Made by a program: the position numbers and the translations under genes. A model generated the notes under the pieces. The model searched no databases. It was not told the origin of the DNA and saw nothing but the letters and a program-made list of their open reading frames with translations. Shown piece after piece: positions 23,053 through 36,742 of a DNA stretch of 64,000 bases; position 1 is the stretch's first letter; each line of letters starts with the position of its first letter. The stretch lies in the NCBI RefSeq assembly GCF_041956535.1, contig NW_027192221.1, positions 85,271-149,270 on the forward strand, read 5' to 3'. The stretch comes from Calcarisporiella thermophila CBS 279.70 (Eukaryota; Fungi; Calcarisporiellomycota).

Positions 23053-25526
23053 TTTTCTGGTTCAAGTACTATGTGCTTGCTGTAATATGAGGTATTATTA
23101 AGGGAGACGACTTGGTGTGATGGAATATTATCCGTAAGAGCGGGGAGTGGTTTGAGGCAAGGAAAACCAGTGCAAGAATATCAGATGTAAACTAAGAAAA
23201 TCGACCACGCTTAACCAAACTTGAGGATATGAATGTTGAGGCGAAGAGAGAGGGAAAGGATTTGCTATTTATAATAATTTTTTCCAATATTTTCAATCCC
23301 GAGATGGCGCAATAGAAAAATGGGAGCTTTCCATTCACGGAGTAGTATGCCCATACTTCCCCGCACTTTCAGAGTTTTCTTCTCGTATGTTTAATTTGAA
23401 TTCACCCGCTTTGCTCCGGTTCCCACGATCTAAATCTGGCCCCATTGGCTGGGCTTTGACTGAGTGCGATGAAGTTGGTGTGCATTGTTTTGATCCACGG
23501 GCACAACGGAGCAGCTTGTTGAACACAATGTCAGTTGAAAATTGAAAAGCGAGGGGGAGCGGCCTGATGAAGTCATCATCATTTTGGATGATTGGCCAAA
23601 CCGGCCTCTTATTTATAGACTGGGAAATAAGGGTATGACAGGAATTGGGAGGAAGCAAACGTGGCACAGCAGCCGTGCTTGCACGATCCAAGCAAATTGG
23701 TATCCAGTTATGGTCGAAGCTTCTCAACCTAGGTAGAGTGTTGCGGCAGCATTGTTTTGTTTGTGTCCCTGACTGTCAGCTTCGATTTTCAAAGAAATGC
23801 ACCGAGTTCCATGGGGTATGCAAGCGTACACTTATTTCAACAAGCAGGTGTTGCAAATTGATTTTCTCGCTGGAAATGGATGGGACCCACCCGCTTGGAG
23901 CTCCCGTCGGTTTCTCTTTAGAATCGAGAGAACTCAATATAGTTCGTTTCAGATGGTAGATAAGAGGTGGCCCGATAGCATAGAAGGATTCAGACTAGAA
24001 GTGATAAAGACGTAGTCCTCTTTAGATAAGCGCTATCGAAGTTAGCCATCGCAGAGATGGAACGAAATCCATCTGACTTTTTTTGGTCGGCCAGTTTCCC
24101 GAGTTTCACTTGACCTCACTAGATAGAACGCATAAGGACAGTCTGACCAAACAGAAGGGGGAGAGACGACAACGACGACAGTATTGACGATTTAATTTAT
24201 TATTGACGCCCTGCCCTCTCCCCAATTGAGCCTCTTTTAGATACAAGGAAGTTTATTTGAATAGCATAGAGCAGAAAGAGACAGAATGTTTCGTCCTTTT
24301 CCCCTGGGCACTTAATCCCACCCTATGGACGGGCTGCCCTTTGGCCCAGTTTAGGCCGCATCAGGACAGAGAGGGGGCCTTCGCTTTGTTGGGAGCAGAA
24401 AGGGGATTCAGCACGTTTCTCCTTCCCCACGCAATCTTATCTCTTGATGGGCAATTTTGGCGACGCTTTTCTTGGAAGTGGCCGCGGAGAGAAACTTCTT
24501 CCACATTTCTCAAAGGGGAAATGGCTCGTTCTTCCACCGAGGAGGCCCGGTTGCCTTTTAGACATCTCTATATATACTTATTAAAGCAGGGGAATTGGGC
24601 CCATCATTGGCTTGTTTCGCACATAACCGGACTGTGGTTGAGCGACCAGTCAAGCCCAAGAAATTGGGGGGGGGGCTGTTTCAAAGTACTATCGGCCCTT
24701 TGTCTCATCTGTTCTGAATTCTGTTTATATGACTTTTCATAATATCCAAGTTTGGCTGTTATAGGATAAAATGGTGGCCATCTTTTAGGCGAAAATTAAA
24801 AGATGACGACGATTTTAGTAAGAAGAAAACAAATGCAAACAAAAACAGCACGCGTTTCTAATAAGCGCCTAAATAGGGAAAGATGGCCAGGAACTCGTCT
24901 GCACCATTGCTTCAGCCTTTTACCATTTTCTCTGCCGCTTACATTATGGTTAAGCTTTTTATTAAAAGGGAACTCTATCCAGGATTTTGTTCCAGCTCAG
25001 ACTTTTTTTTTCACCCACTTTTCCTCCCGCTAACCTTCTCTCTCATCTCCATTCTCCTCTTCTTTAAACTACTCTTTGCCCCAGGCAGCTCTTTAGTCTT
25101 TTGCCTTTCCTCTCTTCTCCCTTGTGCCCCTCCGTCTCCGGAAGTTTTGTTGACGCTGGTCGTCCTCTGGGTCTTTCGCTCTCTACCACGGTCCGAAATT
25201 CAGTTCCTCATTTTTCTTCTTCATTCATTTCACAAGCTGTTCTTCTTCGGCTGGCCCGAGTTGTTGGAATAGAGCAATACGGTTTAAAACAAATAAAATA
25301 CACCACAGGGATTCTCCGGGTGGCAAACTGTCGTTTTTAACTTAACAATACACCCTTAATATAATCAATTCCGCTGGCCTCGGTGCGCATTTCCATCCTT
25401 CGCCCTCATCCCATCCGCAGCACTTTGTTCTCTTCACTCAAGTGGATTGCTGGTCATCCTCTCGCATCACCTATTTCAACATCACTCCTATTTCAGTAGC
25501 AGCACGCGCTAGCACTATCTAACACC

Positions 25527-27372
25527 ATGGTATCTATACTTCATACCCCCTTTACAACCCCCTCCGACGACCTATCCGCCGCTCCAACCTGCCCGTCCAC
25601 GGTGACGTTCCTCGCAACTACCCCTCTCCACGCGCTCCACCAGGCTCCAAATAATCCTGAGTGGCTGCCGCCTGCCGCGCTAACTCCCTGCTACGCAACC
25701 CTTGCTCCCGAATCTATCCGGTTGCAACAGATCGAGGCGCTCCGCTACTTCCTCACCACGGCTCCCACCACCATGTCGCCTAACGAGTCCATCCAGCGGC
25801 ACGCGCTCCCGAACGACGAGCAGATTGCGTGTGTCCTCTGGCAGAACCTGTTCCACATCACGGGGACCGACATCCTGCGCTCCCTCATCTTCCGCTTTGA
25901 GGCATTCGGGCGGCCCGTGGCAAACCTGAAGAAGTTCGAGGAGGGAGTGTTCAGTGATCTGCGCAATTTGAAAACGGGCACGGACGCGACTCTGGAGGGG
26001 CCCAAGTCTGACTTCTTGGACCTGCTGTACAAAAACAATTGCATTCGGACCCAAAAGAAGCAAAAGGTGTACTATTGGTTCTCGGTGCCCCACGACAAGC
26101 TCTTCGTCGATGCCCTCGAGCGGGATCTAAGACGGGAGCGGAGGGGGATTGCGCCCACCACCATAGCGCTCGCCGAGCCTGCCCTTTCGATCAGCGGCGA
26201 CCTCAGCGACAGGAGCTTCTTGGAATTCAAAAAGGCCATGCTGGGCGAAGAGGGCATACTTGGGCGCGTCCCAAAGGTGAGGCTAGATGCATGCTGCGAG
26301 GAGACTGAGGATGCCGAGGGCAGGGCCTACGAGGATGAAGTGGCCGGCCGGCTCTCCAGCGTTGGGTCGGACGAGTGCATTCTCGGTCTGGACGGCTCGC
26401 CCGCGCCTGGCTCCACCCCGACTCTCTCGGCCTCTAGCTCCTCGCCTTCTCCCGCGATCTACTCTTCCTCCTCCTCTCGGATTTGGGATGAATTCACCAC
26501 CGCTTCCGCTCCCCGCGACGCCCACTCGCCTGCGCCTTCATCCCTCTACTCGCTCATCCCTCCTCTCGCGGATGCTCAGCGCCCAAAACGTCGCCGCATG
26601 ACTATCTCCGACCCAACCCGCTATGATGGCGACGGACCGTGTCCTAATTTTGCGGAGCCTAGACCTTTTGTCTGCCCATTCGAGGGGTGCCGGCGCCCCT
26701 TTAAGGTACACATCCCTTGCCTCTTCTGCTCCATGCAATACGTTCATCCTGGAATGCTCACTCTTGTATGTCTTTACCTATTCAAACATTCTATAGCGGC
26801 TGCAGCATTGGAAACGTCACATCCGTAGCTCACACTCGGATGTAAGGCCGTACGAGTGCCCATACTGTCAGAAGGCTTTTACGCGCTCGGACAGTCTCAC
26901 TGTTCACAAGAAGACCCATTTTCGTAATCCCTCCGATCGCGCTATGGACAAGCAGCAGCGCCGACGTGGGTTGAGTCTTGGCTCGGTTGTTCCACAGCCT
27001 TCTCTCGATGCTTCAACTCCGGACGCTGATATTCCCGCGCTCAACCACCAACACCAACTACCATCGCCACCGCAACAACAGCAGCAGCAACAGCCACTTC
27101 AACAGCACTCATCTCCAACACGACAGCATGACACGCCCATGTCACAAATGATCATCCCCCCCACACACGGTGGGGACGAATTTGCGAGTATGCTCCACCC
27201 GGCTGAGGAGACCATGCTCCTCTTCTGCGGAGGTTCGAATGCGTCCGAGAAACTCTCCTTTCAGCATCATCTTCACCACGGGCACACATTCTCCGAGCCG
27301 CCCATGACCGAAGAGGAACTGAAAGTCAAAAACAGGCTCGCCATGAAGGCGGAATCGGTGGAGATCTATTAA
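25527..27372 (+). CDS. STE12: Ste12-like transcription factor (STE domain plus two C2H2 fingers); 2 exons
   Basis: CVLWQNLFHITGTDI, KKFEEGVFSDLRNLK and CIRTQKKQKVYYWFSVPHDKLFVDALERDLRRE. Intron 26706-26796 restores CPFEGC..FKRLQHWKRHIRSSH and CPYCQKAFTRSDSLTVHKKTH. Confidence 0.93.
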
Positions 27373-28952
27373 TTTTATTTCTTCATACATAATTTCTCCC
27401 CCTCCCACAGTAAATTACTTTCATTTATTTTATTTGTCAAGTTTTTTTATTTTACGGTATATATTTTCTATGTAAGTTTTTTGTTTTACTCGGTTTTTGG
27501 TTTTCCTCTTCCCCCTTCCCCCTCCCCCAATTTTTCGTTTTATTTCTTTTTATATCTGTATATGCATATATATAATTACTTGTTATATTTTTGTTATTTT
27601 TATGTTTGTTTCTGAGAATATATGGTCAATTGAAAACAAAAAAAAACTCCTTCCCCCCCTTTTTATTTTCAATAAGTTTCAATAGAAGTTTTCATGTATG
27701 GACAAAATGCTCATGATATTTGAAACAAGCAAGTGATAAATAGAGCGGATGCATGAGAGAGTATCGAAGGCCAGAGTATACTATCAATCTGTAGACTTGT
27801 TAATGAGTAAGTGAGCACTACATGGAGGGACATGCCAAGTGAAGGAGAAGAGCAGAGTTTGGCATGATCTGGTGGAGCGTTTAACCATGCTGGGATACCT
27901 TTGGGGGGGGGGGGGATACCAAGTCAACGCCGAGAAAGAGCCACTTAGATTCGGCAATAAAAGGCACAATTAAAAATGCCTTGTGGATCTCTTGAAAGCC
28001 AAAGAATCGTCTGCGTGGCGTGAGAGTTCTGTCGAATGCGTGGCATCCTTGAATATGGTGGGACTTGCGATTTCTCCGGAAATATCTCCATAGAGGGAGA
28101 GTGAATACTGCCTGAAGCGGCGGAGAAGTACCGGGGGAATTTAGGGCGATCCTAGAGTGGGCGATTTGCGTATTATGATGGGGCAAGGGGAACCGGATGA
28201 CCGTGCTTTGAAGTTCTGCGCACGACATATCTGGGGAATTTGGCGTCGATATGGTGACTGTATCATCTTTATACTTGTGAACATTGTAAAGGCGCCGACA
28301 AGAATGCTGAGAAAGAATTGAAACCATATGGGAATAGGGAAATTGGGAAGGGTGCAGATCGCAACCTGCTGTCCAAAAGAGTGTGAGAGGATAGCAGACT
28401 CCGGATGTCAACTTATATCTGGGACAATGAGCGGCTGAGTGTGAGTGAATGGAAAAAAAATGTAGAACGTCTCCAATGCACACAGGACCTCAGTTTGGGT
28501 TGAATTGAATGCCAAGTGAAAACCGGGATCCTCTCTTACCATGCCCCTTGGGTAAGCGAATACGCTAAACTTCCTATTGGCATGATATCTCTAAACGAGT
28601 GGTGTTTTTTACGGTATCTTTGATTATTTTGCAACTGACCATTTCCATCACGTATTATAGCCAGAGATAAACGGCTTCTGTATATTGCTGTGCTGTATTA
28701 AAGTACATAAGAAAAAAGAAAAAGAGACCCGTAGGTAGGATAAGAGTTAAATACAAAATATGTCGTATAAAGTGTTGAATAGGTTGAGTCCAAGGGGGGG
28801 AAAGGAAAAACCGCAATGTGTGCAGCATTAAATTCGGCAAGAAAGGATAGCATCAGAGTTTGATGCTTAATATACATTGGCATAGAGCGTATCAGCAGCG
28901 AGGGTTAACGGCGATACAATAAAAAAAAATACAGTGAAGGGGCGGACGGCGC

Positions 28953-29888
28953 TTAAAGGTCGATATCATTCAAGGTCGAGGCAATAAGGGTAGAGTTGCC
29001 CGGGGAGGAAATGATTTGCAGCCCATTTAAACCTGCGCCTAAATTCTCTCCACCAGAGTTTCTCAGTGGGGTGCGTGGCCGAGCCCCCCCACCTCCTCCG
29101 TCTCTTTGCCGGATGGGATATTGCCCCATAGTAGCCGAGGGCCTCGATACAGAGCTTCTGCGTCTCAAGGCAATCCCATCGAACATCATCAGTCTACTGC
29201 TCCCACGCATGGTTGGGCTACGGACGTCCAGTGCGGGAGGAGGTTCGAAGCACTCCATCTCGGAAGAGGACCCGAGCCAGTCGTGGTAATAGAAAGGGAG
29301 GGAGGGCCGAACCCACCGATCAAGAGAATCGTCCACGGATAGGGGTGCAGGCAGGGGGAGCGACCGCCCGGGATTGGAGGTGGGCCCGATGCGGCTGTCG
29401 GTAGGAGCGGAGGGGGCGGAATTATCGCCGGCGGATGAATGCGGGCCGACCATGGTATGCAACCACGAGGCTACCGTGGTATTATGGGGAATAATGCGGG
29501 TGCGAAGACGAGGATCATGAAGAGTGTTGTACGGATGATGACGAAGGCGGAGCTTGTGTGCAGTCTCCTATTTGATTTTGGTAAGTTGGCATAATGGGCT
29601 GAAGAGAATGGGGAGAATGATATGATAAGGACCCACCTTGACAAGAATCTCAAAGAGCTTCTTCACGGTTTTATCATTGACATCCAATGATTCGGAGAAC
29701 TCATTAAACGTGATGAGATTCTCTCCCTAATCCAGACCAAAGGGCCCGTTAGTTATGGCCACCCACCGACGCAAATCTCAGCTGTCCTTTACCTCCTCAT
29801 TGTGAATTTTCTCAGCAACAGAATCGTACAGATCTCTGAACTTGCTTTTTAACACATCCTCTCTATCGAGCAGAAACTTCTTTCCCAT
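28953..29888 (-). CDS. Hypothetical protein (helical N-terminus, disordered C-terminus); 3 exons
   Basis: Two phase-0 GT-AG introns (about 29727-29792 and 29568-29636) join MGKKFLLDRED..., GENLITFNEF... and ETAHKLR... into ORF 28953-29462. Confidence 0.65.
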
Positions 29889-30749
29889 TGGTTATAATCG
29901 GCGGAAAGCAGGAAAATAAGTTAGAAATGAAAAGAGAGAATTCTTTAAATAGACGGGAGTTCTCTGTGAACTATATAGACTGCCAAAAAATCAAAATAGC
30001 ATCCCCACCATGGAAAAATGTAACCAACCCAATAATAGGCTTTGATTTCCGAGGTTTTGTGGAGTAACGTCTAGTGTTGGTCACCGAGAGAGAAATAAGC
30101 CACCCTGTTTCAGAAGAGCCCATGGGATGATGGAAAATGGTGGGCTAATAGGCTGCCCTGAGTTAGGCTGCTGCTACGAACAGCGAGCCCGGCCCTGTGC
30201 ATTCGTACTCTAGGGACCAGCGACCTCCCCGGCTACCGAGAACTTGCCGCCATTCTGAAGCGCTACCTTATTTAGAACAATGACATAGGTAAACCGGCAT
30301 TAGGTTCAGACTCCATCGGGGGAAGGAGCCACCCTCCCCATAAAGTTTGCCAACACTTGCACAAAGGATACCAAGATAGGCACCATTGCCTTGTCCATTG
30401 AGGGGGAGTGGGGGCCTATTCTCGGCGATAAAGCCAAAGCTCTTGGGTTGCGCGGAATGCTATGCCGAGGGGGGGGTGGAGGGAAGAGAAGTGGTGCAAT
30501 CGGTGTTTATTACTCACAAACGGAGCCCAATGATGCCATCGAGGATTTAATGCGCGGAAGAAAAAAAGAGAAAAATGAGAGCTATATTACATAAACACAA
30601 AAGAATCGTAAAGAAAAAAAAAGGGAGAATGAAAAAACACTCAGTATCATAAAGGTAGAAAGTATATTACAAAATATGTTAAGAAGAACACGAATAATAT
30701 CAAGGCGACGCGAGCGCATAAGGACGAATTATCGAGTGAGGAGGGGCGC

Positions 30750-33700
30750 TCACGCTTTCTGGTTCTGCATTGCGTTGAATTTAGGGCATTTCTTGTTTGT
30801 CTTCATATGGCCTAGCTGTCCGCAATTTCCGCAACGGCGCTAATGGGAAAAAAAGAGTTAGAGCTGGTTCCGATCAGATATCAGGAAATATGGAAACGTA
30901 CCACAAGTTGCTCTTTCTTCTTCCCAAGCAATCCAAGTACCGGATTCTCGGCAAGTGCAGCCTGTTTTGCAGCCATACGTTGGCGACGACGCTCCTGGTT
31001 CCGGCGGAGCTTGGCCAGTTCGTCTTGAATCCTAAACAAGAAAAAAACGCAGTGTGAGTAACAAGCTTCGGTAGGATGGGGAGATGAAATGAAGCGAAGG
31101 GGGACTAACCTCTTCTTCATCCGCCTATTCCTCTCCTCATCATCGGTCGGCTCCAAGAGCTCAGCACTATAGGAAAAAAAAAATCGGCCAAGTTAATGCC
31201 GGTTCAAGGCAAGTGCACCATACATAAACAAGGGTTCTCACCTCATTATCTGCTCGTCAATTTCTCGCCTCGACTTTAAATAGGCATTAATGACAGCCGG
31301 GTTTTCCACATGCTCCGTCTCCCACACGATCTCCCCCGTGTTGAGTCGTTTCTTGCGCTTGATCTCAAGCGTCTTGCGGTTACCTGCGCCCGTAAACCGC
31401 GAATACATACTCCCACCCATCGAGAAATTGTCGTCCTCCGAGGTGGCGCGCTCACGACCGAACGATGCGGGCGATGTAAGCGGCGAGGTGGAACGGCGGA
31501 AATGCTGCAATGTGTAGGCGGGATAATCCTCCTCGTAATACGTGGGCTCGCGCTTGAGGATACGCGAGTAGACTCCGTAGAATTCGGCAAGCTCGTCCTC
31601 CTCTCCTCGTCCCGCCTCGCTCTCGCCTCGCTCTTCATCAGTGAGTTCCGGCTCGGTAGGGTTACTTAGCGACTGATATTGTGCATTCCAAATGCGAGCA
31701 ATCTCTTCTCGATACACCTGCTGTTGTTCCGCGACGTTATAGCGATGAGCACTCTTGGGTCTCTGCTCCAGTTGCGCCAGCTTCTCTGCCGCCGACTCGC
31801 CTTGCCGAAGGAAGATGTCCTTCATGGAAACACGAATGAAGCTGAATCCCTCGCCGCGGCCCGTCGGATCCCCCTCGCCATAGAGCTTGAGCATGGCTTT
31901 GCCCTGCGTTGCATTGATGAAGTTACGGGTGATGATCCAGGGGGCAAGCTGCTGCTCGATATCGAGCTTCGATTCCCCCTCCTCCCCCTCGTCCTCATCC
32001 ACATCCGATTTGCCGTAGCCCGCATCCTGGAGAAGCCGTTGTCCCACGAGCATGCTCTCGTACAAGCACACCATCTCCGGAGTCACCAGCTTTCGCAACT
32101 CCTCTTCACTGGGCAAGGGGTTGGTGGGCTTCAGCTTCCAGAAACCGGTGTTGTTACCCTTGCGCTGGAACTCGGCAAACTCCTTTAGCCGTTGGCGAAT
32201 CTGGATCTCGGTGTACTCCGGGAAATACTTCATTAACTTAGTCATCCGCAGGCGGTGGTGTTTGTTTCGCCGGATTAGGCGGTAGGCGATAACCTGGAGC
32301 CGACTCTTGACAGTGTTGGTGATTTTGCGCGAGTGCGGACCCGGCACCTCCTGCACCGGATAAGTCTGACCAACAACAAAGAGGTGGGGTATTTCGCGGA
32401 TGTAGAATCGTACTTGGTTCTTGTAGGTGTTCTTGATCACTAAGAAGTCGGTGTCGTGCGGCGTATGCCTGAAAAGGGGCGCGCGATAGAGATTGTTGTA
32501 GAGCGTGGGGATCGTCTGGCCCGGCTCCACGTTACCAAAGTTCAGAAATGGCGACACATCCGCCACATCCAACACGAAGGGCTCTCCAATTTTTTCGTGG
32601 GGAACGTGATTGTCACTGATATCCTTCTTCCGGTAATAGTTGATGAGCAGGCTACCCATCCCGACGTTGGAGATGATGGGCGGGTATTCCTCGGAGAATT
32701 CAAGCAAGATGTAAGTCGACGTGTCCTTTAGCGTGATATCCCGCGATGTACGGATATACTCTTCGCCCTCGCGCTTCTTAAGCTTCTTCTTCTTCAGCGC
32801 CTTGACGCGTGTGAAGCCCAGCTCCTGGTGGAGCGGGAAGGAGATGGGGGGGCGATGGAATGAGCGGAGATCGGCCTTGGTCAATCTAGTCTTGAAGAAC
32901 GGAGACTGCAGCTTCAATGCAGGCAACGAGTGTTGCACCACCAGTTGCCCGAAGGTTTGCCGGACCCGGTGGAAGCGGCCATCCCGCTGAGCCTCGTAGA
33001 AGCGGTCATTCGAGATGTTATAGCGGTCAATCTGTAGTCGAGCGTGAGTTTCCGCCTCGGATATGGTCGGCTTAGGGGCAGGTTTCGGGGCGGCGGTCGC
33101 CGATTTCCTCCCCTTTCTCGAAACCTTGGGCTCTGCTTGTCCCATATTAGCCGGTTTGTCTGCGTCGGAGTAGGGTGTATAGAACGGCATATAGGGATCG
33201 TTTAGGTTGAGCAGCAATTTCGCTGGTGGCACATATGCACGGCGATCATCCCAGACGACCAGGTCGAGCCAGTCGCCACCCTCGAGATCGTAATTTCGAA
33301 ATGAGATTGGCGTGGATTCGGATGCCTTCGTCAATAGGCTACTCTTTCGCTTTTTCTCTTCATACGTCTCCTCTTCCGTATCCGCGTCCCATAGAATCTT
33401 CTCCTCCCATGGGTCGACCACCACGCGATGATATGCCTCTGATTCCGTCGGAACTTTGGCGGCCGACTCTACCGCCAATTTGGTTTCCTCCGGAACCCTG
33501 GCATCCTCCTCCTCATCATCATCATAATCAATTGGCTGAAATGGTGCCCAACCTTGCGAATACATATATTCCGAATGCGTCTTGGGGTCTAGTCGCAATC
33601 TCTTCACAAACACCTGACGATCGTCCGGCTCAACCGCGAACATTTGGTCCAACTTTCGTGACCCTCGCCTAGATTTAGGCCGTAGCCGATTCTCAACCAC

Positions 33701-34504
33701 AATCTGCGGGGCAAACAGTTCTGAAAACCGCAGGATCTTGTCCTTCTCAAAAGCAGGGTATAGCTCTCGAATATCGATGGGCTTCGGTTGCACCGGCTCC
33801 AACTTCACCTCCGGCAAGGAAGGCTTTGGCCCTTTCGAGGTCAGAAATCCTAGAGCCTCCGCAGCTGCCGCCTGCATCACAGCGGAGGGAGTTGTCGAGG
33901 TGGGTAACTGTAGCATGGCTCCCAAATTGGTCACTCCACCCCTAATCATCGCCGCGGCCAAATCATCTATTGTTGTTGCTTCCTCCATTTTTACGGGCAC
34001 TGGTGTGTCGATGTTGTCATAATCCTCATCTACAGGTGCATGAGTCGAAGGAACACTTTTCACAGCATTCATCCCAAGCTGATAATATTTGTCATTCAGC
34101 ATGTCGTTGGTCGCAAAATCAGGCACTGTTTCATTAAAATCCGAATAATCAACGGCATCAGCAGAGTGTGCCGTGGTGGACACAGTGGTTGTGTCAAACG
34201 GCGTTGAGGGTGGCTCATCTTCATCGCCAAGACCGAGCGATTTGACTGAGAAAAGTTCACCCAAGACAGGATCTTGCGCATCGACGCGCTCTAATGTCTC
34301 CCGCAGTTCCTAGCACCAAGAAAAGAACGAAATTAGAAATAAATCGAAGCAGTGGTTGCGATCAATAAAATCGATTTTGTAGAACATAAAATGCAGCCCA
34401 TGATCAAGTGGAATGAAGCGAATGAACGCACGACTTACCTCATCGAACCCTTCCAAACGTCCATGTTCGTCGACATTGCCAAATAGGTACCCAGCAAATG
34501 ACAT
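30750..34504 (-). CDS. TAF1: TFIID subunit 1 (TAF1), ending in a zinc knuckle, no bromodomains; 5 exons
   Basis: N-terminal GYLFGNVDE (TAND). Core motifs LRSFHRP, EFSEEYPP, VGQTYP, CLYESM, LAPWIITRNF, GDPTGRGEGFSF and HRYNV. C-terminal RRCGNCGQLGHMKTNKKCP. Confidence 0.96.
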
Positions 34505-34836
34505 AGTCGGGAGAGGAAGAATAAAGATGATCGAGAAAGAACCGAATAAAACACAGGAAAATTAAGTTGATTATTCTATTCGGAACAAAACGATCTAGCA
34601 ACAATCACAAAGAATATTGTACAGTAGCTTCAAGAAGACACTGTCTCCTCACCCTCCTTTTTTATAAGAATGCAGAGAAAGATGAGCGTGAAGAGGAAAA
34701 AAAATGTTTTCTTTGCGCGATGATTACGTCATCCAATTCCCTCCGAATCTGAATTCACGACAAAAAAAAGGTTGGCAGTTCTTTCTCGATTTTATACAAT
34801 AGAATAGGGATAAATATGAACATCCAGGAATGCTTC

Positions 34837-36742
34837 TCAGAGCAGGCGAATAAATCTCAGCAACAAAACTAAAAGAGTGGCGAAACACAATAGCGCCAAA
34901 AATATTCCATAAAACCAGCTGAGTGACTCGGAGAATTGACCTGGCACGGGCACATTCATGCCCCATAAGCCTATTTGAAAAAACATGGGTCAACGATCCT
35001 TTCCCTATTCTTGCTTCGATGTAGAGCGGCTATTTACCAGTGATGAGGTTCATTGGCAAGAGAATACTCCCAAGAACTGTGAGTTTCGCAAGAATATCAT
35101 TGGTGGCATTTGATGTGGCGGTAATCTCCATGGATATCTGAGCGAGATAATTGGAATGCGAACGGGACGATATTTTCTCCAAGTGACTGAGAGTTTGATT
35201 CATGGTGGTTATGTGATCTATAAAGTTACATGCAGCATGAATTCATTGAATCGCAGCAAGGTATCCAAAGACAAAATAGACTTGCCTTGCACATCCCCAA
35301 GATACAGTAGTACATCCGCATTTTCCACTCGCTTAATAAGACCCTTGACCGCATCGGGCTTGTTCCCGAGGAGCCGTAGCATGGATATTAACTTCTTGCG
35401 ACAGTGGCCAATCCTACGTAGCATGTCACTTTGCTCGCTCTCCTTGAGGAGAAGCACCAGCTCATCGATCGAATCCACCTCGAACGCAATTGATTTGATT
35501 ATCGGTTCGAAGGAATCAGTTATCGAATCAATAAGGGCATAGTTGATCCAATCTACATCCCAGACGGTGAGCTTGTGTTAAGCAAGAGGGAGAAAGAATG
35601 GATTAAGAAATTGCGCTTACGCACCCGGGCTAATCTCCACAAATCCCTTCAATTGTTTGATACGTCGACGTACTTGAGCAGGATATGGCATTGGCTGGAA
35701 ATGGAACTAGAAAAAAAAATTCCATGTTAATACTCCATCCGTGACTTATACCATATGTGATCCTACTGTCAGAATCCCCTCCTTTAACACAATCATATAG
35801 AGGCTCAGCGGCTCCAGTGCACTCGAGTGTGGATCCTGGTCATAACCTTGGAAACACATAAAATGATAGTTTTTGAAAACCTCGCATTTTTCTCGGGATT
35901 CCTCCTGAATGACATCTTCCAATGTCAGAGGATGCAACCTGAATATCTACATTAAACCAAGCAGATAGAGATTAGTCTAGCATTTAGGTTAGGACCTATC
36001 TGACATTGAATACTTTGCCCAGCAAGCGCATTTCCTGGTCAGTCGGACTCAGGACATCAATCCAAAAACATCCTGCCTTCAATAAGGCCGATAAACTCTG
36101 GCCAGGCTGTGGGATTTCGTGCAATGAGCGAGCGTGCACTGTATTCGTAGCGGTCGAGTAAAAGGTAAACCGCAACGGAACGGTCTTCTCTTGCTCTTGT
36201 GCATGGAAAGCTCGGTGAGGCCCCCATTCCTCTTGTCCTTCATTCCCCTGCCCACTGGACGCCATATACTCCTCAAGCACATCGTATCGGATTCCCTTTC
36301 GTCCTTTCTCCTGGAGATAATTCCCACTCAATAACATATCAGCCTCCAAAGACTCTCTCCTTCCCCCCTCATGTACAAGCGCTTCGTCCTCAGAGGAGTA
36401 CCAGTCACCAATATCGACAAGAAGATCGCTGACATGTCTTGTAATTCCTGGTTTGTTCTCCATGCTCACTCCATGACGTGAGCTGGCATTTAGATTATGT
36501 TTCTCAAAGGTTGCATCGGATGCTTCGTCATGCTCGTGCTGATAATTCTGGCGCTGGATTTGGATCAGTAGTTTCTCAGCCGTAGATAAGACCTTTCGCC
36601 TGCTATTTCCTATTAATTCAGGCTCGCGAGCCTCCAACAGCGGTAACGAGTCAGTCTTGCTTGAGAAGTTAGCGTGGACGGGGCTGGAAGCACGGGAAGA
36701 ATCCGCCGAATTGCGAGCGTTTGCGAGGGGATGCGATTCCAT
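34837..36742 (-). CDS. CorA-family Mg2+ transporter (Alr1/Mnr2-like); 6 exons
   Basis: FWIDVLSPT, HPLTLED..REKCEVF, LYLGDVQDH, SRSHSNYLAQ and the GLWGMNV signature. Intron 35218-35285 is GC-AG. Confidence 0.93.

Noticed and set aside
23335-24742. Several 60-160 aa ORFs upstream of STE12, including a faintly MULE-like EMDGTH..PVGF string
   Set aside because: No coherent domain, splice model or TIRs; indistinguishable from chance.
27881-28483. 200-aa minus-strand ORF
   Set aside because: Non-ATG start, no recognisable motif and atypical composition; cannot be supported without expression data.
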